From contig CAWHWQ010000003.1 of the NCBI GenBank assembly GCA_963833095.1, forward strand, positions 128,001 to 192,000: 64,000 nucleotides of DNA, written 5' to 3'. Made by a program: the position numbers and the translations under genes. Position 1 is the first letter of the stretch, and every line of letters starts with the position of its first letter. Positions 52,720-64,000 of this stretch are shown here, piece by piece. Source of the DNA: Vulcanimicrobiota bacterium (lineage in GTDB: Bacteria; Vulcanimicrobiota; Vulcanimicrobiia; Vulcanimicrobiales; Vulcanimicrobiaceae). A model generated the notes under the pieces. It saw nothing but the letters and a program-made list of their open reading frames with translations. It ran no database searches and was not told the DNA's origin.

Positions 52720-55589
52720 ATGCTGGGCGAACGCGACCTCCGTCTGCTCGACGACCTGCTGTCGCGCTCGCCACTCGCTATCATTGCGTGGGACGCCGGC
52801 TACCGCATTACCTACTGGTCGGCGCGAGCGGCCGATATGTTTGGCTTCCAGGCCTCCGACGTCGTCGGTAAAACAATCGACGACTTCGATCTCGTCGCTC
52901 CCGAAGACAAGCCGATCGTTCGCGAGGTGCAGCAGCGCCTCGACGGCACCGATAACGTCCGCACGCTCGTCAACGTCAACCGTAACCACCGCGCGAACGG
53001 TGAGGTGCGCACCTGCCGTTGGACCACGTTGCGGTGCAGGACAGTAGCACGTTTCACGCGCTCTCCTACGCCGAAGACATTACCGAATCGCTCGCGGCCC
53101 AAAATGCGCTCGCCGAAAGCGAGGAACGATTCCGCTCTCTCTTCGACTACAACCCCGATATCGTGGCGCTTATCGATCTCGACGGATACTTCGTCGATGT
53201 CAATGAATCGGTTCGTCGCTTCGCGCCACCTGAGGCGCTCATCGGCGTTCATTACACGACGTTTCTCGATCCCAAAGATGTGCCGGCTCACCAAGAGTAT
53301 CATCGAAAGGCGCTCGCCGGCGAAACGCTCGTTTACCACTCGCGGGTTCGCACCTTTGACGGCGAACCGCTCGATGTCTCGGTTACGACGTTCCCAATGT
53401 ATCGCGACGGCAAGATCGCCGGTGCCTACTCGATAACGCGCGACGAGACCGAACAGCGCGCGGCCGAAGGCGCGCTGCGCTCGCTCTTCGAGCACAATCC
53501 CGACGGTGTGGTGTTACTCGATCGGCACGGCGAGGTCATCGACGCGAACGATGCGGCCATTCGGATCGCCGGTTTTGCTCGTCCAGAGGTCGTCGGCGCG
53601 CACTTCTACCCGATTCGTTCCCGAGTATGAGTTCGAACGAACGAACGCCGCCTTCGCGCGCGCCCTGAGCGGTCATCCGGTGGCGCTCAACGTCGAATCG
53701 ACCGGGGCCGATGGATCACCGCTGAGCTTGAATGCACGTTGATTCCACGGTATAAGGGCGGCGAGAGCGTCGGCATCTACGGCGTCTTGCAGGACATCAC
53801 CGAGCGCCGCACGGCCGAGCGGCGCGCCGAAATGCAGAGCCTGCGCATTCGCAACCTCTATTTCATCGCCGCCAGCGGCGACTACCCCGAAGTCCGCATG
53901 CGCGCCTCGCTCGAAATGGGCTGTCACGCGTGCGACCTCGCGCTCGGCGCGGTCGTCGAGATCGACGGTGACGCCCCGACCATCGAAGCGTCTATCGCGA
54001 GCCCAGCGCTGGACGATCAGGGACGAGAAATCATCGCAATGGCCAAGAGCGTCGCCACGTTGCCGGGCGCGGCGATTCCAGTGCCGTTCCGGAATGGCAT
54101 CGCGATGCGCCTCGACGTGGCGGCGATCCATACGGCGCGTTGGTCTTCGCCGATCCCCATGGTACCGTGCGCGAATTCTCGTCGACCGACGCGGACTTGC
54201 TCGGGCTTGATCTCGACGCTCGTCGCCGGCACGATCGAAACGAATCGGCCAGCGCATGCGGCTGCGCACGCTGGCTTACTACGACACGCTGACCGGCCTG
54301 CCGAACCGCGCGCTGCTGAGTGAGATGCTGCGCGACGCGATCGAAGTCTCGCAGTCGCGCCTCGCGCGCGTCGCGCTGCTTTTCCTCGACCTCGACGGAT
54401 TCAAGGACGTCAACGACACGCTCGGCCACGCCCGCGGCGACCAGCTGCTGCGTCTGGTTGCGCGCGCCTCGGTCGAGGTGCTCGGCGAGCCGCGGCTCGA
54501 TCGCGCGCATGGGCAGCGACGAGTTCGTCGTCCTGTTAACCGATTGCGCGCGACATCGAAGCAGGCCCGCGACGCTCGCCGAGCGCATTATCGCGACGAT
54601 CAGCGAACCGTTTGCGCTGGACGAATACGAGCAGTTTATCTCGACCAGCGTCGGCATCGCCGATCTATCCCGAAGACGGCCGCGACGATCAGACGCTGAT
54701 CAAGAACGCCGACATCGCGATGTCGCGGGCCAAGGACCGCGGACGCAACGGCTACTACTTCTACAATCCGACCCTCGAAGCGCCGATCCACATGCGACTC
54801 TCGCAAGAGAAATTGCTGCGCAAAGCCCTCGAGCTACAACGAGTTCGTCGTGTACTACCAGCCGCAGCTCGATTTGCGCACGGGCGGATCGTCAGCGTCG
54901 AAGCGCTGGTGCGCTGGAATCATCCCAAGAGCGGCTTGATCGAGCCCGGGACATTTCATTCCGAGCGCCGAGATCTCGGGACTTGATCGTTCCGCTGGGC
55001 GATTGGGTCCTCGAGACCGCCGTCGAAGCAGGTTGCGCACTGGCATCCGAACTCGGGCCGTTGCGGCTAGCCGTCAACCTCTCCGGCGCGCCAGTTCCAC
55101 GATCGCGATCTGCGCCGCCGCATGATGGCGGCGCTCGAAGAGCGGCAATTGGATCCGTCGTTTCTCGAGCTGGAAATCACCGAGAGCGTGGCGATGGCCG
55201 ACGCCGCCGCAAACGGCGGAATCGTGCGCGATCTCAAGGCGCGCGGCATTCGCATCGCCGTCGACGATTTCGGCACAGGCTACTCGTCGCTTTCATACTT
55301 GCGTCGGTTCGCGCTCGACGTGTTCAAGATCGACGGCTCGTTCGTCAAGGGCATCGGTCACGAAGCCTTCGACGAGACCATCGTCAAGACGATCATCGGC
55401 ATGGCGCACAGCCTCGACCTCGAGGTCGTTGCCGAGGGCGTCGAGACCCTCGACGCAGCTTGCGTTCCTTTCCGAAAACGGCTGCGACATGGTGCAGGGT
55501 TATGCCATCGCGCCGCCGCTTCCGGCCGCAGAATTCGAGGATTTCTTAGCGCCGTCGCGAAGCGTCAGCCGCAACGGGGTAAAGGGTGA
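52720..55589 (+). CDS. Multi-PAS, GAF-like, GGDEF-EAL protein, heavily frameshifted
   Basis: Three PAS repeats, YDTLTGLPNR, DLDGFKDVND, GSDEF, EALVRW, DDFGTGYSSL, QGY. Confidence 0.88.
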
Positions 55590-55594
55590 CGGCC

Positions 55595-56862
55595 ATGATT
55601 TCAGCGACACCGCGGCTCGACCGCAACGCGCTGATCGATTGGTATCGGCGCAATCGTGAGCGCTCCGCGCAGCTCTTCGCGCTGATCGACCGAGCGCGTT
55701 TCTGCAGCGACCCATTCCGCTGCGCCACCCGTTCGTGTTTTACGAAGGGCATATTCCGGCGTTCAGCTTCCTGACGTTCAACGAACGCGCGCTGGGCAAT
55801 CGCCGATGGATGCGCGCTTGAAAAACTGTTCGAGCGCGGCATCGACCCGGGTTCGGTCGACGACGGCGCGCGCGCATGGGCGTGCCGATTGGCCGTCGCG
55901 CGCGCAGATCGCGAACTTTGCCCTCGCGTGCGACGAACGCGTGATCGACGCGTTCCGGCACGCGAAGCTGGTGGACCCCACGAATCCACGCGTTGCGCCG
56001 TGGTCAGTCCGTCTACACGATTCTCGAGCACGAACCGATGCATCACGAGACGCTTGCTCTACATCATCCACCAACTCGACTACGCCAGCAAAGGGCGTAT
56101 CGCCCAAGAGCACTACGACCACGCGCCGCCCCACGAATCCGATGCAACGTGTCGCGGCCGGCGTCGCGCGCCTCGGCGCCGATCCGGACACGGTTGCGTT
56201 CGGCTGGGACAACGAGTTCCGGCGCGTGCGACGTCGACGTTCCGGCATTCTCGATCTCAAGGTATCCGGTAACCAACGCCGATTGGCTGCGTTTCGTTCA
56301 AGCCGGCGGCCCGGTGCCTGAGTTTTGGGTCGAGCGCGAAGGCGAATTGCTTCTGCGCGGCGTGTTCGAAGAGTTGCCGTTGCCGCGCTCGTGGCCGGTG
56401 TACGTTTCGCACGACCAAGCGGCGGCATATGCGGCGCTGGGCGGGGATGCGGCTTCCGACCGAAGCGGAATTCCATCGCGCTGCATACAGCGCGCCGGAC
56501 GGGAGCGAACCGCTTCTTCCGTGGGGCGATGCGCCGCCGGACGCGATGCACGGAAACTTCGACTTCGAACGCTTCGACCCCGAGCCCGTCGACGCGCATC
56601 CGGCCGGCGTAAGCGCGTGGGAAATCGAAGATTTGGTCGGAAATGGGTGGGAATGGACCTCGACGCGTTTTCGGGCCCTTTCCGGGCTTCGAACCGATGG
56701 CGTCGTATCCGCAATATTCCGCCGACTTTTTCGATGGACGAGCACTACGTCATGAAAGGCGCGTCGCCGGTGACCGCGCGCGAATTGGTTCGCCCCTCGT
56801 TTCGCAACTGGTTCTACGGCGATTATCCGTACATGTACGCAAAATTCCGCTGCGTCGCTTAG
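55595..56862 (+). CDS. EgtB-like (SUMF1/EgtB/PvdO) non-heme iron enzyme, frameshifted
   Basis: DinB-like part with HEPMHHET (HxxxHxE), then RLPTEAE, GNGWEWT, YPQYSADFFD, RPSFRNW. Confidence 0.85.
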
Positions 56863-58459
56863 CGCTTGCATGCGTGCTGCTCGCGGGATGCACGCGCGCG
56901 GGCGTAACCAACGTTTCGAACGACTCGCTGACCATCGGCATCCCGATCACGCCCAACACGCTCAACCCGATCCTCACGACCAGTAACTCCGAAACCTTCG
57001 TCACCGACCTGCTCTTCGCTAAGCTCGTCACGCTCGACGCGCAGCAGCGTCACGTTCCCGACCTTGCCGCTGATGTTCCAACCCTCGCGAACGGCGGCAT
57101 CAGCCATGACGGCCTTACGATTATCTATCACTTGCGTAAGAACGCGAAGTGGACCGACGGTCGTTCAGTAACTAGCGCCGACGTGAAATTCACGTATCAG
57201 CAGATCATGAATCCGGTCAATAACGTGGCTTCACGGCACGGCTACGATATGATCGGCTCGCTCGACACGCCCGGTCCGTACACCGTGGTGTTGCACATGA
57301 AGCAAGTCTTCCCGCCGATTATCGACTACTTCTTCGGCGAGAGCGATGAGCCGTACGACATTCTCCCGGCGCACGCATTCGCGCATGTCAGTAATTTCAA
57401 TACGATGCCGTTCAACGCCGAGCCGACGGTCACCGATGGACCGTACCGCTTTGCGCGTTGGATCCGCGGCGACCGCATCGTGCTCACGGCTAACGACGAC
57501 TACTTCCGCGGCGCGCCGAAAATCAAACAGCTCAACGTGCAAGATCATCAACGATGCCAACACGATGGTCGCCGAACTGCGTACCGGAGAGGTCCAGGCC
57601 GCAAACAACTTGAGCGGGCCCTCATTACAACGAACTCAAGGGCGATGCGCGCGTAACGCGCTTACCGGTTCTGGCACCGGACTACGACGGCTTGATGTTC
57701 AACTTGGCGCGCGCGCCGCTCAACGAGAAAGCCGTACGTGTCGCGCTCGCCTATGCCACCGATCGCGAGACGATCATGCGAGATAACGAGTTCGGCGACG
57801 CGACGGTCGGTGTCGGCGATCTGTCGCCATTCTATTGGGCCTACGATCCAAAACTCAGGCCCAGCCGTACGATCCGGCCAAAGCGCGCGCCATGCTTGGA
57901 TGCCGACGGTTGGAAGCTCGGCCCGGGTGCCGTGCGCGCCAAGAACGGGCAGCGCCTCTCGTTGCTGCTGGTATACGCGCAAGGTAGCGACATCTCGCAG
58001 AATATCGTCGTGCAAATTCAACAGATGTGGCGTGCCGTCGGCGTCGAGGTGCAACCCAAGGCGTTTCCCTATGCGCAGCTCTACGCCGTCGCTCAGGACG
58101 GCGGCATCTTCCTCGGTGGCAAATTCGACGTCGGATTCTATGCCTGGATCTCGGGCGGCGACCCCGACGATTCGTCGCAATGGCTGAGTACCGCTATTCC
58201 GCCCAACGGTAACAACGTCGACCGCTACATGTCGCCGCAAATGGATGCCGCGCAGCATCTGGCGCTCTCCACCTTCGATCAGGCCGTCCGCAAGCAAGCG
58301 TATGCGCAAATCCAGCGCCTGCTGGTCAACGACGTACCGGCGATCTTCCTTTTTTATCCGAAACAGCGCTACGCGTATGCGCCGGAATTACGTAATTTTA
58401 GTCCGAATGGAATCGGCGAAGCATGGAACGCTGCCGATTGGACGTTCACTTCACCCTGA
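56835..58459 (+). CDS. Peptide ABC transporter substrate-binding lipoprotein (family 5), frameshifted
   Basis: LLAGC lipobox, PDLA, KWTDG..TSADVKFT, GPYRF, VRVALAYA; start approximate. Confidence 0.88.
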
Positions 58460-58493
58460 TACGAGAACTATTCGTAAGGAGCCCTTTGTAACC

Positions 58494-59993
58494 ATGAGTA
58501 CCAACAACGCCTCGGTCGCCGTCAAGGAAATCACGCCAAGCGTGGCGTCGGCAAAGAAGGTCCCGATCACGGTCGCGTACGGCGACGGTATCGGGCCCGA
58601 GATCATGGAGGCCACCCTACGCATCATTCAGGCGGCGGGCGCCCGACTTGAAATCGAACGCATCGAGATCGGCGAATCGGTCTACAAGAAAGGGATGGAC
58701 AGCGGGATCGAGCCGTCGGCCTGGGAATCGTTGCGCCGTACGAAAGTTTTCTTCAAGGCGCCGATCACGACACCGCAAGGCGGCGGCTTCAAGAGCCTCA
58801 ACGTCACCGTGCGCAAGACGCTGGGAATGTACGCAAACGTCCGCCCGTGCTCATCGCTCCATCCGTTCGTCGCGACGAAGCACCCGAACATGGACATCGT
58901 GATCGTTCGCGAGAACGAGGAAGACGTCTACGGCGGCATCGAGCATCGCCAAACCAATCAGGTGGCTCAATGTCTCAAGCTGATCTCGCGTCCGGGCAGC
59001 AAGCGTATCATCCGCTACGCCTTCGAATACGCGCGCGCCAACAAGCGTAAAAAAGTCACGTGCTTCACCAAAGACAACATCATGAAGATCACCGACGGCC
59101 TCTTCCATCGTACGTTCGAAGAGATCGCCAAGGAGTATCCGGATCTCGAGCACGAGCACTGGATCGTCGACATCGGCGCCGCGAAGTTGGCCGACACGCC
59201 CGAAGCGTTCGACGTGATCGTCATGCCGAATCTCTACGGCGACGTGCTTTCCGACGTCGCCGCGCAGATCACCGGCTCAGTGGGTCTCGCAGGCTCGGCC
59301 AACATCGGCGATCACTGCTCGATGTTCGAAGCGATCCATGGCTCTGCGCCGCGGCGCGCTGGCCAAAACCTGGCTAACCCGTCCGGGCTGCTGCATGGCG
59401 CGCTGCTGATGCTGGTGCACATCGGGCAAGGCGATGCTGCGGAGCGCGCGCACAACGCGTGGCTGCGGACGATCGAAGACGGCATCCACACCTACGACAT
59501 CTACACGGAAGGCGTGTCGAAACAAAAGGTCGGCACGAAGGAGTTCGGCGACGCGGTTATCGCGCGTCTCGGTCAAAAGCCGCAACAACTCAAGCCGGCC
59601 GAGTACGCGAAGGACGTTCACATGAACCTGGCGATTCGCCCGGCCGGCAAGCCTCCGATGAAGGTCCGCGTCGGCGTCGATCTTTTCATCGACCGCCGCG
59701 ACGGCAACCCCGACCAGATCGCTTCATTGATGCAGAAGTTCAACGTAACCGGCACCAAGCTCACCATCATCAGCAATCGCGGCACAAAGGTGTGGCCGAA
59801 CGGCAATCCCGACACCTACTGGAGCGATCATTGGCAGTGCCGCTTCGAAGGCGACAGCGACGAACTTTTCACCGCCGAGCATGTGATCAAGCTGCTCGCC
59901 GAGGCCGACCGCGCCGGCTTCGACGTGATCAAGACCGAGGGACTTTTCACGTTCAACGGCGACAGGGGGTATTCACTAGCGCAAGGTCAATAA
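58494..59993 (+). CDS. icd: NADP-dependent isocitrate dehydrogenase (form with C-terminal extension)
   Basis: GDGIGPEI, KSLNVTVRK, RENEED, NLYGDVLSD, EAIHGSAP; start reassigned to ATG 58494. Confidence 0.96.
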   Translation: MSTNNASVAVKEITPSVASAKKVPITVAYGDGIGPEIMEATLRIIQAAGARLEIERIEIGESVYKKGMDSGIEPSAWESLRRTKVFFKAPITTPQGGGFKSLNVTVRKTLGMYANVRPCSSLHPFVATKHPNMDIVIVRENEEDVYGGIEHRQTNQVAQCLKLISRPGSKRIIRYAFEYARANKRKKVTCFTKDNIMKITDGLFHRTFEEIAKEYPDLEHEHWIVDIGAAKLADTPEAFDVIVMPNLYGDVLSDVAAQITGSVGLAGSANIGDHCSMFEAIHGSAPRRAGQNLANPSGLLHGALLMLVHIGQGDAAERAHNAWLRTIEDGIHTYDIYTEGVSKQKVGTKEFGDAVIARLGQKPQQLKPAEYAKDVHMNLAIRPAGKPPMKVRVGVDLFIDRRDGNPDQIASLMQKFNVTGTKLTIISNRGTKVWPNGNPDTYWSDHWQCRFEGDSDELFTAEHVIKLLAEADRAGFDVIKTEGLFTFNGDRGYSLAQGQ

Positions 59994-60000
59994 CGTGCAC

Positions 60001-62052
60001 ATGCGCTCGCTTGTTTTTGCATTCGTAGCTGTGGCGGCAACCGCGCTTGCCGCCTGCAGTGGTACGACCTACGTCTACGGGACGCCTCAGCCGAATGTCC
60101 CGACGCCGACGATGCAACCGACAATGCAGCCGACCGGCATGACGACAAGCACGGTCTCGTTCAACGTCATTGTCCCGAATATCAGCGGAAGCGCGCGCCA
60201 TCGCCCGACCGTTGTGGTTCCGGGGACCTCACTCTCGGTCGCGGTTCAACTCGATTCCGTTAACGGCACGTCGTCGACAACGACGCCGACGACGGTCAAT
60301 TTGAGCGCTGCAACGGCCGGGTGCGAGCAATCCTCAACGCAGTTGAGCTGCGTGATCAATTTGACGGCGCCGGTTGGAGCGTTGATCTACACGCTCACCG
60401 TGTACGGCGGGCCGAACGGAACGGGCGGATCGCTCGGAGCCGGTAACATTGCCGTCACGACGACCGCGGGTGCGACGGTCGTCGCGCCCGCAACGCTCAC
60501 TGGAACGGTTGCGAAGATCGTCGTTACGGTCGGCGGCGCTCCAATAGGCGCGAATATTACGGTGCCGGTAACCGTGCAGGCCGAAGACGCTAGCGGCAAT
60601 ACCGTCCTTGGCACCTATACGAATTCGATTGCGCTCACCGACAGCGACGCATCCGGACAAACCACGCTCTCATCCTCGGCGTCCGGTATCACCAACGGCG
60701 CGACGGTCGTCACCCTGGCGTACGCGGGCGGCTCGATGGCGTCGCCTGCCACGATCAACGCATCTGCCGCAAATGTCAGCCCATCGAATGTAACGGCTGG
60801 GTCATTCTTGCCTAGTCAGACCTATCCAACTGTTAACGGCTCGAGCACGACCTTCACTTATACCGACAGCTACATATTCGGTAATAATGGGCCGCCGGTG
60901 AACGGACCGAATACGACGGGCGGGACGTTCGACGCGATCGTCACGACGGGCCAAACGTTCAACGGCATCAATAACCTCGTCGAGATTGGCGGCCTCTATG
61001 CGGCGAGCAACTGGCTTCCCAGCAGCTTTTCGTCCACCATCAACTTTCAAAACCTCGTCGCATATTACACATGGACGCCGCAGGGCTCGAACGCGTCCCT
61101 GGGTCTTGTCGGCATGACGAGCAACACGGGCTTTACCTTGACCTGCGAGTCGCCGTATACGAAAGAGATCGAAGCGCCGCTTACCACGGACTGGGACGTG
61201 CTAGCGAGCAGTGCGCCGTGCACGGTGTCGTATAGCGACGGGGCAGGCGATACCGGACAGACCGTGCTAAATCCTGATGGTTCCTATGAAGTCAACACCG
61301 AGGGACTCTTCTCCGGCGACGACTTCACCATCACGCAGAGCAGCGACGGAAGCATTTTACGAAGTGACAATGCAATTTGCGGTTGCGGTTCTTCGATCAT
61401 CACCGTTCCCGTTCCGAGCCCCGGCGCTGCAACAATTCCCGTGATGATTCAAACCTTCCCCGGCCCGATCCCGGCGCCGGATGAAACCACAACGCCGTCA
61501 CCCGAACCGACCAGCGTTCCCAACCCGTGGGCGGTCTGGAACGGTATTCCGGGTGAAAAAATTCCGACTCCCCTTATGAGCGACACGTTTCATGTCGTCG
61601 GTCCGATTGCCGCGCTTCCAGGTGGGTGCGCGATTCCCGCCGGCCTGCTTGGCAGTAGCCCAACGTTGACCGAAGCCGACGAGACTGTGGTCATCGCGGA
61701 CCCTGCCTCCGAGTGGAACAGCAATTACTACTCGAACGAAACGATCAAGCACTATTACCTCGACGGCGTCGGCGAGATTTGCAACGAGAATGTGTACATC
61801 GGTGCTTCATACAACGCGTATCCGCTTAACTACTATTTGAACGTCCCAAGCAATATTAATTTCAACACGTCGGTAACGACAGTTTCAGGAACGCAGTGGA
61901 CGTATCTCACCGCGACAACCCTTACCGCGACGAGCGCGCGCCGACGAGAGGCCGCATCAGCGTTTACCGCGGCGACCTATGCGTTGATGCACGCACCGAT
62001 CCAGATGCGGCTTGGTGCGCGCGACCCGCGGCGAAACTTCATCAGGCGATAG
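60001..62052 (+). CDS. Thr/Ser/Pro-rich surface lipoprotein with probable Ig-like beta domains
   Basis: LAAC lipobox, PTMQ repeats, beta-rich composition. Confidence 0.75.
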   Translation: MRSLVFAFVAVAATALAACSGTTYVYGTPQPNVPTPTMQPTMQPTGMTTSTVSFNVIVPNISGSARHRPTVVVPGTSLSVAVQLDSVNGTSSTTTPTTVNLSAATAGCEQSSTQLSCVINLTAPVGALIYTLTVYGGPNGTGGSLGAGNIAVTTTAGATVVAPATLTGTVAKIVVTVGGAPIGANITVPVTVQAEDASGNTVLGTYTNSIALTDSDASGQTTLSSSASGITNGATVVTLAYAGGSMASPATINASAANVSPSNVTAGSFLPSQTYPTVNGSSTTFTYTDSYIFGNNGPPVNGPNTTGGTFDAIVTTGQTFNGINNLVEIGGLYAASNWLPSSFSSTINFQNLVAYYTWTPQGSNASLGLVGMTSNTGFTLTCESPYTKEIEAPLTTDWDVLASSAPCTVSYSDGAGDTGQTVLNPDGSYEVNTEGLFSGDDFTITQSSDGSILRSDNAICGCGSSIITVPVPSPGAATIPVMIQTFPGPIPAPDETTTPSPEPTSVPNPWAVWNGIPGEKIPTPLMSDTFHVVGPIAALPGGCAIPAGLLGSSPTLTEADETVVIADPASEWNSNYYSNETIKHYYLDGVGEICNENVYIGASYNAYPLNYYLNVPSNINFNTSVTTVSGTQWTYLTATTLTATSARRREAASAFTAATYALMHAPIQMRLGARDPRRNFIRR

Positions 62053-62132
62053 CAGCCAAGCGTAACGTGTAACCTACATTAGAATTGGGTATGAGGGCGA
62101 GGCGTTTGCCTGCCTGCGACAAAGTTTAGTGC

Positions 62133-62492
62133 ATGCTGCCTCGCATCTTGGCCTTGGCATTTGCTTGTGCATCCGCACTTCTGCCGCTTGCCTGTCGAGC
62201 AAGCGGCCCTGCACCTGCCGACGAATATTTCGGTCCGTTCAAAGAGAGCATCCTCGAGATTCGCAACCGGCTCATGTCCTTCGAGCGCGATGCAGATTGG
62301 GATTTGCGGCGCCATGTGCGCGGGATCGACAATCTGGAAATGGCGATTGAAGACTGGTATCGCAAATATCCGCGCGATCCGTGGCTTCCCGGCTTTACGA
62401 CCCGGCTTATTCATGTATATGATCGCGCCCACGAGTCGCGCTCGCGGCTTTGCGCACACGCCCACGGCATCGCGAGGTCGGTTGGCCGCTAA
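62133..62492 (+). CDS. Small secreted hypothetical protein
   Basis: Signal peptide then APADEYFG...DWYRKYPRDPW. Confidence 0.7.
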   Translation: MLPRILALAFACASALLPLACRASGPAPADEYFGPFKESILEIRNRLMSFERDADWDLRRHVRGIDNLEMAIEDWYRKYPRDPWLPGFTTRLIHVYDRAHESRSRLCAHAHGIARSVGR

Positions 62493-62508
62493 GCCGAAGA
62501 GCTAACTC

Positions 62509-62943
62509 ATGGAAGCTCTCGACCTTACCAAAGCCCCCCCGCGGGCTCCGCGGGCTCGTCTCGCGGACCTCGACCTCATCATGGCTGCGCGAACCGTCGA
62601 CAAGGTGCGCGCTTCGCTCCCCGGCGGTAACCTGGGCGCGTATAATATTCCGGGCTTCAGTGCCCAAATGTTTGAAGCCATCGGCGTCTCCGAGGATGAC
62701 TTTCGTGGCGCCGTCGAACGGGCGTCGAGCGATGCGGACATTGCCGCGTGGCTACGCGAACGTGTTCCGCCGGAGAAGATTGCTGCGTTCAACGCAGCGA
62801 TCATCGCGCGCCGCATTGAGCACCGTCTGAGCGACGAAGCGTGGCGTAAGAAATACCCGCATGGCGTGGCTATGCCGCCGGAGACGCCGCTTATCGACTT
62901 CCTCTCGAAGGATGATGAGCTCGCCTTCCTCGGCGCGCGATAG
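62509..62943 (+). CDS. DUF5069 domain protein
   Basis: DLTKAPPRAPR...ARTVDKVRA...LGAY. Confidence 0.8.
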   Translation: MEALDLTKAPPRAPRARLADLDLIMAARTVDKVRASLPGGNLGAYNIPGFSAQMFEAIGVSEDDFRGAVERASSDADIAAWLRERVPPEKIAAFNAAIIARRIEHRLSDEAWRKKYPHGVAMPPETPLIDFLSKDDELAFLGAR

Positions 62944-62948
62944 GCAGC

Positions 62949-63828
62949 ATGCGAATCGTCAGCCTCTTGCCGAGCGCGACCGAGATACTGTTCGCGATCG
63001 GCGCGGGCGACGAGGTCGTTGGCGTCACTCACGAGTGTGACTTCCCGCCTGAAGCGATCGCGCGTCCCCATCTGACGTCATCGGCGCTACCGTCCGCAGG
63101 TTCGTCCGCCGAGATCGACCGGCACGTTCGCCGCAGTTTGCACGAGGGCTCGAGCCTTTACCACCTCGATGCGGAATTGCTCGAAGCGCTCAAGCCGGAT
63201 TTGATCGTCACCCAAGAACTCTGCGCCGTGTGCGCGGTGTCGTACGACATCGTGCAGCGCGCGGTGCGGCGGTTGCGCGGGGATCCCCGCCTCGTATCGC
63301 TCGAGCCTTCTTCTCTTGATGACGTGTTTGCAACGATATCGTTTCTCGGTGAGCTCACCGGACATGCTGACGGCGCTGCTGCGTTGTTGCGCGGCCTTCG
63401 CGCACGCGTTGAAGCGCTGCGCGCGCGAACGCGCGATCGCGCCCACCCCCGTGTGCTCGTCCTTGAATGGACCGATCCGCCGATGAGCGGCGGGCATTGG
63501 ACGCCAGGACTGGTCGAGCTCGCGGGTGCAGCGCCGGTCCTCGGCAATCCCGGCGCAAATTCGCAGGCCATCGCTTGGGAAACGATCGCGCGTGAAGATC
63601 CGGACGCGATCGTCGTTGGCCCGTGCGGCTTCGATCTGCCGCGCACGCGCGAAGCGATGGCCGAACTCGGAGACAAACGCGACGTGGCGCAATCTGCGTG
63701 CCGTGCGCGAGGGCCGCGTGTACCCGATCGACGGCAGCGCCTATCTAAATAGGCCGGGCCCGCGACTCGTGGACACGGCGGAAATCATCAGCAAGGCGAT
63801 CTCTGTGACCACGATCGCCGCACCGTAA
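62949..63828 (+). CDS. Cobalamin-binding (BtuF-like) periplasmic protein, frameshift near 63680
   Basis: RIVSLLPSATE, THECDFP, TQELCAVCAV; RPGPRLVD in the shifted frame. Confidence 0.88.
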
Positions 63829-64000
63829 CAGTCGCCGTTGAGCACGCCTCCCAGCCGCCGCTTCGCGAAAGCACCGAAGATCCAAGGAACGATAGTCACG
63901 ACGCTGATCAGAAGCACGACCGGCGACGGGATTCGCCTCGACGGGCGCAAGACAACGAGCGTAAGCCCTCGCGCGACGCATCCGGTCAGTGCGAGAATCG
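63741..64000 (-). CDS. cobS: Adenosylcobinamide-GDP ribazoletransferase, C-terminal part (truncated by window)
   Basis: RRLGGVLNGDCYGAAIVVTE matches the CobS C-terminal GG.xGD..GA...E motif. Confidence 0.75.
   Translation of the reverse strand, partial: ILALTGCVARGLTLVVLRPSRRIPSPVVLLISVVTIVPWIFGAFAKRRLGGVLNGDCYGAAIVVTEIALLMISAVSTSRGPGLFR

Noticed and set aside
55595..56862. Selenoneine (senA) or ovothiol (ovoA) cluster
   Set aside because: No senB/selD neighbour and no C-terminal methyltransferase domain

Overview
A GC-rich, gene-dense bacterial chromosome segment made almost entirely of core and metabolic genes. Gene order and the Pro/Thr-rich secreted proteins suggest Candidatus Eremiobacterota (Vulcanimicrobiota); this is inference only. 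Contents: rqcH-like gene, sod, puuD-like gene, the run pbp-pknB-ruvCAB-spoIID-pilZ-queA-qor, a pyrimidine cluster (valS-pyrR-pyrB-pyrC ... carA ... carB) interrupted by marC and a MoxR/DUF58/VWA/BatD module, tig-clpP-clpX, seven tRNA genes, SRP RNA, lepA, rdgB, a tyrosine catabolic cluster (hppD, hmgA, fahA), deoC-aldehyde dehydrogenase, two GGDEF-EAL proteins, an EgtB-like enzyme, an ABC solute-binding protein, icd, and cobalamin genes. Patches of frameshifts (about 10-14 kb, 26-28 kb, 35-38.6 kb, 50-58 kb, 63.7 kb) break even valS and carB and are best read as sequencing or assembly error. I saw no CRISPR array, prophage or transposase, and I cannot demonstrate a new system from sequence alone. 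Best leads: (1) an uncharacterised Cys-bearing protein in the slot of the missing maleylacetoacetate isomerase; (2) a free-standing HNH gene overlapping the 5' end of tRNA-Pro; (3) long structured intergenic hairpin elements with a shared core; (4) a half-LIM-like zinc-finger protein; (5) an unannotated 37-aa membrane peptide ahead of a cytochrome-less PuuD.
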